A stretch of DNA of 64,000 nucleotides from positions 25,521 through 89,520 of the forward strand of contig CAYLXA010000013.1 of the NCBI GenBank assembly GCA_964387845.1, given 5' to 3'. A program made the position numbers and the translations under genes. The stretch comes from an uncultured bacterium. Lineage in GTDB: Bacteria; Omnitrophota; Omnitrophia; Omnitrophales; Abzuiibacteriaceae. Shown here one piece after another: positions 29,301-35,255 of this stretch. Each line of letters opens with the position of its first letter. The first letter of the stretch is position 1. Under the pieces are notes generated by a model. That model was not told where the DNA came from. It saw nothing but the letters and a program-made list of their open reading frames with translations, and did not search any database.

Positions 29301-31257
29301 TTGGGTGAAAATCGTGATTCTGCGGATCGACAAATAAAGGCACGGTTCCGAGATTATCTACGATTGTTCCAGTCCCAAAAAGGTTATCCAGATTTTGAAG
29401 TGTGTAATCAAAGTGTATATACGGAGGATTGGAAGTTCCAAAATTTCGCGTAGACATCACAAATCCGCCCGGGTTGTCAGTCACCAGCAAATTATTTTTG
29501 ATTTCATTTCCGTAACCCTGATTGGGTTCGAAGCCATAAATATCAAAGAAAATAGGACGGTTGAGATAATACGCATATGTCTGAGAGTAAGGTCCGTCGG
29601 CAGCTCCGCCGGTTTTAAGCTGGATGATATTGTTTTGCACTTTGTTGTCATGCACATAATTGGTATTTGGCAACAGGACGTCATTTATATCCGGACGATT
29701 ATTAAACTCAATCGCTTTTACCATAGAGTTGTGCGTGGTTGCTGTCGGGTCGTCCATATAAATTAAATTATGATAAACCTGGTTCCGGTCGGAATTCGAA
29801 TCGCCGTTTCCGATAAAAGTAATGCCGTGCAAGGAACGCCGCCTCGGCTCGTCAGCGTCGTAGTAAATGATGTTGTTGTGGATTTGGCTGTCGGAAGCCG
29901 AGAGCATTTCAATGGCATGGCCGCCTTGGTTTCCCGTGGTCGGGTACACATTCCAGTTGTAAATCAAATTATTTTTAATAGTCATTTGACTGCCGCCGAA
30001 TGCAAAGCAGGTATGAAGTTCGTTATTACAGGAATTATTTTCAACCGTTATGTTGTCAGACCATCTAACCGTTAAGCTGATATGTCCGCAATTTCCAAAA
30101 GTACTATTTTTTACGCTGCCACCGGATACGCGATTAAATTGAATCCCGTCGCCCGAGAAGCGAAAATCTTCGGTCGGGCGCTCAGAGTATTCAGAGCAGC
30201 TGACAGATGCATTCTCGATTTTAATATTAGAAACGTCATCAAATTGTATTGCACTCCCCCAAGTTTCATAGTCTTCCCCGGTTTTCCGCCACCTAAAGCC
30301 GTAACCGATGTCATTGAGGCTTTGAAAATTAAGAACGCTTGTATCTAAAATTTGAATATCTTGGGCTGGATTTCCAACAGTCCCGCTAATTCTCAACGGA
30401 TTCGGCATGTAAAGTCTGCCTTCCGGCGTATCTTCATAGGCAATAAAATTAAGCCCCTTTAACGTAATGTAGCTGGCGTTATTCAAGATCAGAATCCACG
30501 AATAATTATAAGAGCCGCCGCGTATGGTAACCGGCTCATAACCACTCGGTTCAGTTTGAGAGGGATATGCTTGGATCGTGATCCGCTGCGCAGGCCCGGC
30601 GCCGGACGTATTAACGCTCGCATTATGTTCCGTATAGTCGCCGCGGCGAATGAAGACTGTATCGCCCGGATTCAATTTATGGTTTGGCCTGTATTCGGTT
30701 AACCCGCGCAAACTACACCACGGTGTTGCGGGATTTAAGGCTTCCGGGCGTTCACGGTTATCGCGGCAATTACAATTGCTCTGATCGACAAACAGAACAT
30801 TCAGCCCATTTGCCAAATTCAAAGGATCTGTATTGTTGTCACACTGACGAAGTGGAATACTGCTTGCGTTGGTCGGGCTACTGCCTAATCTGATCTCGTC
30901 GTCATCATTGACGCCATCTCCGTCTGTGTCATATCCGATGTTTCCGTTGCCCACAGTTGGATTGGTATTAAAAGCAACTTCCCGAAAGTTGGGCACTCCG
31001 TCTCTATCCGGATCGTCGTATTGATCATAACTTGTGATATCGCCAAAGTATTGAATTTCCCAATCATCTGAAAGGCCATCAAAATCAGTGTCAATTTCAC
31101 CGGCGGCAATTTGGGGAAGGGGAATGCCCATGAAGACGAGCGTGAAAATAATGATCAAAGAAACAAAATCAGAAAGAAATTTGGAAACAACTTTCTTGAA
31201 CTGCCGGGATTTTATTTTTTTTTTGTGTGATTTATCTGATTCGGAGCTTCGTCCCAT
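20371..31257 (-). CDS. Giant secreted multidomain surface protein (3628 aa). It has TSP3-like Ca-binding repeats, four pectate-lyase-type beta-helix modules, FN3/PKD-like domains, InlB-B-type repeats, a Myxococcus-type Cys-rich repeat and a Dictyostelium/EGF-like Cys-repeat region.
   Basis: A single uninterrupted ORF with an N-terminal signal/anchor ([18 protein letters not shown]). It has DxDxDGxxDxxE motifs and repeated NxxxN/right-handed beta-helix signatures. The module-start motif LANGxNVLF(V/I)DxxNC(N/D)C...TPWC...GDTVYIRGG occurs three times. A CGDGxxxxxExCDDGNxxSGDGCSxxC unit is present. About 20 CxxGxxxxxCDDGNxCTxDxC-like units lie between ~22435 and ~21130. Confidence 0.85.
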   Translation of the reverse strand: [3628 protein letters not shown]

Positions 31258-31485
31258 TTTAGCTGTTCTGCTTTCTTCTTAACTGATAAAAGTTTATCAT
31301 CTTATTAAAGCATTTACAAAAGATTACAAAACTATTTTAAAAATAATTAGTATATCCGGATATTAAGGAAATATAAGCGGTTTTGAATTTTGAATTAGCC
31401 GTCGTGGGCGCTAAAAATTAGACGACAGGGTACTATTCCATAGGCTTGAAAATGCCAAATTCTATGCTAAATTTTGCCTTCTAAA

Positions 31486-31512
31486 TTGACACAAAACGCG
31501 TGCTGTGATAAT
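31486..31512 (+). promoter_or_regulatory. Candidate promoter for the peroxiredoxin gene
   Basis: TTGACA at 31486..31491, then an extended -10-like tgtGATAAT at 31504..31512. The spacer is short at 15-16 nt. An RBS GGAGG precedes the ATG at 31577. Confidence 0.3.
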
Positions 31513-31576
31513 TTCAATGGCTCCAAAGCAATTTTAACTGGATATTAATAGCAGTTTGAGTCATCAGGAGGTTGTT

Positions 31577-32101
31577 ATGTCAGTACAAGTAGGTTCACCC
31601 GCGCCCGATTTTAAAATGCAGGCCGTTGTGGATGGCGGAAAGTTCCAAGATGTAAAGTTGAGCGATTACAAAGGAAAATGGGTGGTGCTGTATTTTTATC
31701 CGCTCGATTTTACCTTTGTTTGCCCGACGGAAATCACGGCTTTTCGTGAAAAATTGGAAGAGTTTAAAAAGTTAAATACTGTCATTGTTGGAGCCAGTAT
31801 TGACAGCGTTTATTCGCACAAAGCTTGGATCGAGCAGCAGCTCAAGGATTTACACTATCCTTTGGCAAGCGATCTTTCAAAGGATGTTTCACGTCGCTAT
31901 GGAATTCTCTTGGAAGAAAAGGGAATTACACTTCGCGGAACTTTCATCATCGATCCGAACGGTATTTTGAAATGGCAGCTTGTCAACGATCTCGGAATCG
32001 GACGCAATGTGGATGAGGTTTTGAGAGTGCTCCAAGCGCTTCAGACCGGCGAGCTTTGCCAGGCCAACTGGAAGCCGGGCCAAAAGACCTTAGGCAAATA
32101 A
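31577..32101 (+). CDS. Peroxiredoxin (typical 2-Cys Prx/AhpC family)
   Basis: It has FTFVCPTEI around the peroxidatic Cys and a resolving Cys near the C-terminus. The start is set at the Met after the RBS, which gives MSVQVGSPAPDFK. Confidence 0.85.
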   Translation: MSVQVGSPAPDFKMQAVVDGGKFQDVKLSDYKGKWVVLYFYPLDFTFVCPTEITAFREKLEEFKKLNTVIVGASIDSVYSHKAWIEQQLKDLHYPLASDLSKDVSRRYGILLEEKGITLRGTFIIDPNGILKWQLVNDLGIGRNVDEVLRVLQALQTGELCQANWKPGQKTLGK

Positions 32102-32285
32102 ACTAGTTCAGATTTTAAAAAAATAGCCCACGCAAAGAAAAAGCGTGGGTTATTTTTTTGTGTCCTTTTGCTACATTTTTAGGTGTAGTTTAAGGAAAAA
32201 CCAGATCAAAATTCGCCGTAAAAATCTTTTATTCACTTGCCAATTTAGGCGCGGTCGGTATAATAACCGCCCTTTTGAGGAAACC

Positions 32286-32729
32286 ATGATTAAAGTAGCC
32301 AGAACAAGAAAACCAAAGAAACAGCACGTCGAAGCGGTTGCGGCGTTAATCCGCAACGAAAAGGACGGTTCTTTCTTTATTACCCAGCGGCACTTGGATG
32401 ATTTTTTAGGGGGGCTTTGGGAATTTCCGGGCGGAAAGCGCCGCCGCGGTGAAAGCTTTGAGCAAGCACTTCGCCGGGAAGTCAAAGAAGAAACTGACTT
32501 GATCATTGAAGTGGGCGCCCGTCACCGCGCGTCGTCATTCGAATATCCTGACCGTGTTGTAAATCTTTATTTCTATTGGGCTCGTGTTTTAAAGGGAAAG
32601 CCCAGAGCGATTGGCTGCCGCGATTTTAAGTGGGTCCAGCCTGCCGAACTTCTCAATTATACGTTCCCGCCGGCAGATGCCGAGTTGATTTTGGAACTTT
32701 CCAAGCCGACTGAGCTATTCTGCAACTAA
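32286..32729 (+). CDS. Nudix hydrolase (MutT-like)
   Basis: It has the Nudix box GGLWEFPGGKRRRGESFEQALRREVKEETDL. The start is placed at the internal Met MIKVART. The upstream part of the longest ORF looks noncoding. Confidence 0.7.
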   Translation: MIKVARTRKPKKQHVEAVAALIRNEKDGSFFITQRHLDDFLGGLWEFPGGKRRRGESFEQALRREVKEETDLIIEVGARHRASSFEYPDRVVNLYFYWARVLKGKPRAIGCRDFKWVQPAELLNYTFPPADAELILELSKPTELFCN

Positions 32730-32737
32730 GCTAGTAC

Positions 32738-32830
32738 TGTCATTGCGAGATACGTTATTTGGTATCGAAGCAATCTCGGTACTTAGATTGCTTCGGCACT
32801 GCACAACGCGCCTCGCAATGACGACTTGAC
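32738..32830. repeat. ~90-bp palindromic intergenic repeat (family G), copy 1
   Basis: gtcattgcgag ... agattgcttcggc ... aacgcgcctcgcaatgac. The outer arms are inverted repeats of each other. About 40 nt are near-identical to the copy at 33586..33625. Confidence 0.7.
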
Positions 32831-32892
32831 CTTCCTTAGCAATTTGACGATAATCAATTCATCGATTTTTTGATAACCAGGAGGAGGAAAAT

Positions 32893-33522
32893 ATGGCGTT
32901 GTCCGATCTTTATAGCAATTTTCATTTGTTTTTCAGATGGCTTCACGTATTTGTCGGTATTATTTGGATCGGCCATCTGTATTTTTTCAATTTTGTGAAC
33001 GTCCCGCTTCAAGCCTCACTAGATGATGCCGGCAAGAAAGTCGTCAACCCAAAACTGATGCCGCGCGCACTTTGGTGGTTCCGCTGGGGCGCCATGCTCA
33101 CGTTTATTTCCGGGTTGATTCTTTATACGATGATTTACATGTATACGCCGGGAGCCGGATTTGGCCCTTCATCCGCGTTTCGTGATCTTTTCGGTAATAT
33201 TACGGGTAGATCAATTTGGATTTTAATCGGAATGTTATTTGGCACGATTATGTGGTTCAACGTGTGGTTTATTATTTGGCCTGCTCAGAAAGCTCTTTTA
33301 TCCGGAAAAGTTCCGGCCGATCAAGCCGCCGGCGTTCGCCGCAGAGCCTATTTGGCGTCACGTACAAATACCTATCTGTCGGGCCCCATGCTTTATGGTA
33401 TGTTGGCTCCGGGGCATTACGGCGCGTTTAGCTGGGTGACGTTTTTGGTGTTTGGTTTGGTGGCGGTGGCCTTGATTTTCCACGCCATTCAGAAATCCCC
33501 CAAAGTCGGTACGTCAGTTTGA
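32893..33522 (+). CDS. Polytopic membrane protein, possibly of the HemJ/UPF0093-like family
   Basis: The 209-aa protein has 4-5 TM helices. Its first helix has the F-W-L-H-x-F-V-G-I-I-W-I-G-H-L-Y-F pattern, reminiscent of HemJ-type proteins. An RBS GGAGGAGG sits 6 nt upstream. Family G repeats flank the gene on both sides. Confidence 0.55.
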   Translation: MALSDLYSNFHLFFRWLHVFVGIIWIGHLYFFNFVNVPLQASLDDAGKKVVNPKLMPRALWWFRWGAMLTFISGLILYTMIYMYTPGAGFGPSSAFRDLFGNITGRSIWILIGMLFGTIMWFNVWFIIWPAQKALLSGKVPADQAAGVRRRAYLASRTNTYLSGPMLYGMLAPGHYGAFSWVTFLVFGLVAVALIFHAIQKSPKVGTSV

Positions 33523-33527
33523 TCTAA

Positions 33528-33625
33528 TCGTTATTGCGAGGCGCCTTAATCAGCGTCGCGGCAATCCCTGTTCTGAGATTGCTTCGGCGTTAATCAACGC
33601 GCCTCGCAATGACAGTTCAATTTAT
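33528..33625. repeat. ~95-bp palindromic intergenic repeat (family G), copy 2
   Basis: ttattgcgaggcgcc ... agattgcttcggcgttaatcaacgcgcctcgcaatgac. It has the same architecture as copy 1 and sits between convergent genes. Confidence 0.7.
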
Positions 33626-33634
33626 ACTTTAAAA

Positions 33635-33892
33635 TTATTCTAATTCCTGCAAAAACGAATTCCGGCTTTTCAAATCGACAAACACAACCTGGTCTGGATA
33701 ATTTAACCCCGCTTCACTGACAAATACTGTGGTGCCGTTGATCTGAAACGCCATTACCTCGCAACCCTCGATGGGAAGTTTGTTCCCGCCCCCTATGATT
33801 TTATCGACAATTTCCTGGCTTACGGCTTTGGCTTTTTGGCCGCGCGCGTCGAGGTAATTCACCAGGATTGTCTTTAGGTCTTGGATTGTCAT
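33635..33892 (-). CDS. Small hypothetical protein (85 aa)
   Basis: An ORF with a LacI-type palindromic operator 29 nt upstream. I recognise no family. It does not end in GG, so it is not a ThiS/CysO-type carrier. Confidence 0.45.
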   Translation of the reverse strand: MTIQDLKTILVNYLDARGQKAKAVSQEIVDKIIGGGNKLPIEGCEVMAFQINGTTVFVSEAGLNYPDQVVFVDLKSRNSFLQELE

Positions 33893-33920
33893 TGTTATTT
33901 CCTCTTTTCTCCGGTTTTAT

Positions 33921-33934
33921 TGTAACCGGTTACA
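33921..33934. promoter_or_regulatory. Perfect 14-bp palindrome TGTAACCGGTTACA. It looks like a LacI-family operator, upstream of the 85-aa gene.
   Basis: It matches the LacI/GalR operator pattern TGnAAnCGnTTnCA and is identical to the site at 34983..34996. Confidence 0.55.
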
Positions 33935-33952
33935 TAAAAATTAAAAAAAATA

Positions 33953-34966
33953 TCAATCCGATTTTCTTATAACCAATTCCGGATCAAATTTGGTTTGAAC
34001 AGGAGCTTTTACCTTATTTGTCACTAAGTTAATTAGAGTTTCGCATGCAGTGCGTCCCATGGTTTCGAGTGGTTGGCGCACGGAAGTAAGCGGCGGCGTG
34101 AACGTTTCGTTTTTAGGCGAGTCATCAAAGCCGGCGATGGCTACATCATCCGGGATGCGAAGCCTCGCTTCTTTGATAGCACGGACAGCTCCCCGTGCCA
34201 AATCATCATTGGCGCAGAAAATCGCGCGCGGCAGTTTCTTATTTTTAATCCAATTTGCAGTTACGACAAAACCATCTTGTTCGTCAAACCGGGCCGCTTG
34301 CGGTAAAAATTCATCACGAAGCTTAAATTTTAGATTTCTTGAAGCGGATTTAAATGCTTTGAATCGGGCTCTTGCGTCCAGGGAAATATACTCCGGCCCT
34401 CTGAGCATCCCGATGGTTCGGTAACCCCGCCTGATGAATCGTGAACAGATGGCTTCGACTCCGCTTTGATTACTGCAGTAAACGATACTGGATTTAACGC
34501 TAGGCTCATAGTCATTAATGAGCACGACGGGAAGTTTTGAATGAGTTTCGATTTCCCGGATTAATTTTGGGAAGAGGCGCCAGGTCAAAAAAATGATGCC
34601 ATCAACAGCGTGTTTCTGCAGAAGGTCTTTGAGGTTGCATTGTTCAATTTCAGCATCGCGGATCATGATCCATTTCAAATCATATGTGCAAGCGTACATT
34701 CCTGTGATGATTCCCGAAATAAGGCCTTCATAGTAATTGCTTTTCACAAGATCGGTTGAAAATGGCGTCACCATGCCGACCGTGTTGGTGGTTTGCTTGC
34801 TCAGCGCGCGCGCAGATTGACTGGGAATGTAATTGAGTTTACGAATTACTTTTTCAATTTGTTTTTGCGTTTCGGAGTGCACAAGGTGCTTTTTGTCGGG
34901 ATCCATGTAGCGGGATATGCTTGCTACCGAAACTCCCGCTTGCTTTGCCACATCTCTGATTGTTGC
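33953..34966 (-). CDS. LacI-family transcriptional regulator
   Basis: The N-terminal HTH reads MATIRDVAKQAGVSVASISRYM, followed by a periplasmic-binding-protein-like sugar-binding core. The start is set at this Met (track residue 22). Confidence 0.8.
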   Translation of the reverse strand, partial: ATIRDVAKQAGVSVASISRYMDPDKKHLVHSETQKQIEKVIRKLNYIPSQSARALSKQTTNTVGMVTPFSTDLVKSNYYEGLISGIITGMYACTYDLKWIMIRDAEIEQCNLKDLLQKHAVDGIIFLTWRLFPKLIREIETHSKLPVVLINDYEPSVKSSIVYCSNQSGVEAICSRFIRRGYRTIGMLRGPEYISLDARARFKAFKSASRNLKFKLRDEFLPQAARFDEQDGFVVTANWIKNKKLPRAIFCANDDLARGAVRAIKEARLRIPDDVAIAGFDDSPKNETFTPPLTSVRQPLETMGRTACETLINLVTNKVKAPVQTKFDPELVIRKSD

Positions 34967-34982
34967 CATAAAGCTCCTTTTT

Positions 34983-34996
34983 TGTAACCGGTTACA
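34983..34996. promoter_or_regulatory. Second identical palindrome TGTAACCGGTTACA, 17 nt upstream of the LacI-family gene start. Likely an autoregulatory operator.
   Basis: An exact copy of the 33921 site, in the divergent region between the regulator and the sulfite reductase gene. Confidence 0.55.
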
Positions 34997-35255
34997 TTGG
35001 AAAGGTAGCACAGCTTTGCCCTTTGTCAAGGTGCCGATTTATGAGTGCGCCGCGTTTTTGAAAAACAGGTTGGCCGGTCGATATATTCGGCCGGATTGTC
35101 GGATATGCGGGAGATGTATTTTTTAAGTTTATCGAGATAAGCCTATAACTGACTATATTAGTCGGAATTTGGTTTGACAGTTCCGCCGAAGTGGACTATG
35201 ATAGGCGTCACTTTCAGCAAGATTCCAAGCCGAGAGTCCCCAAATAAGGTGAAAA

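Noticed and set aside
20390-31282. Dozens of 60-130-aa plus-strand ORFs inside the giant gene, many rich in Arg, His and Cys
   Set aside because: All are antisense to a continuous 3628-aa frame that has coherent domain architecture. They are spurious.
33635-33892. The 85-aa ORF as the missing CysO/ThiS-type sulfur carrier
   Set aside because: It ends ...SFLQELE with no C-terminal Gly-Gly, and I see no ubiquitin-like pattern. It is kept as a hypothetical.
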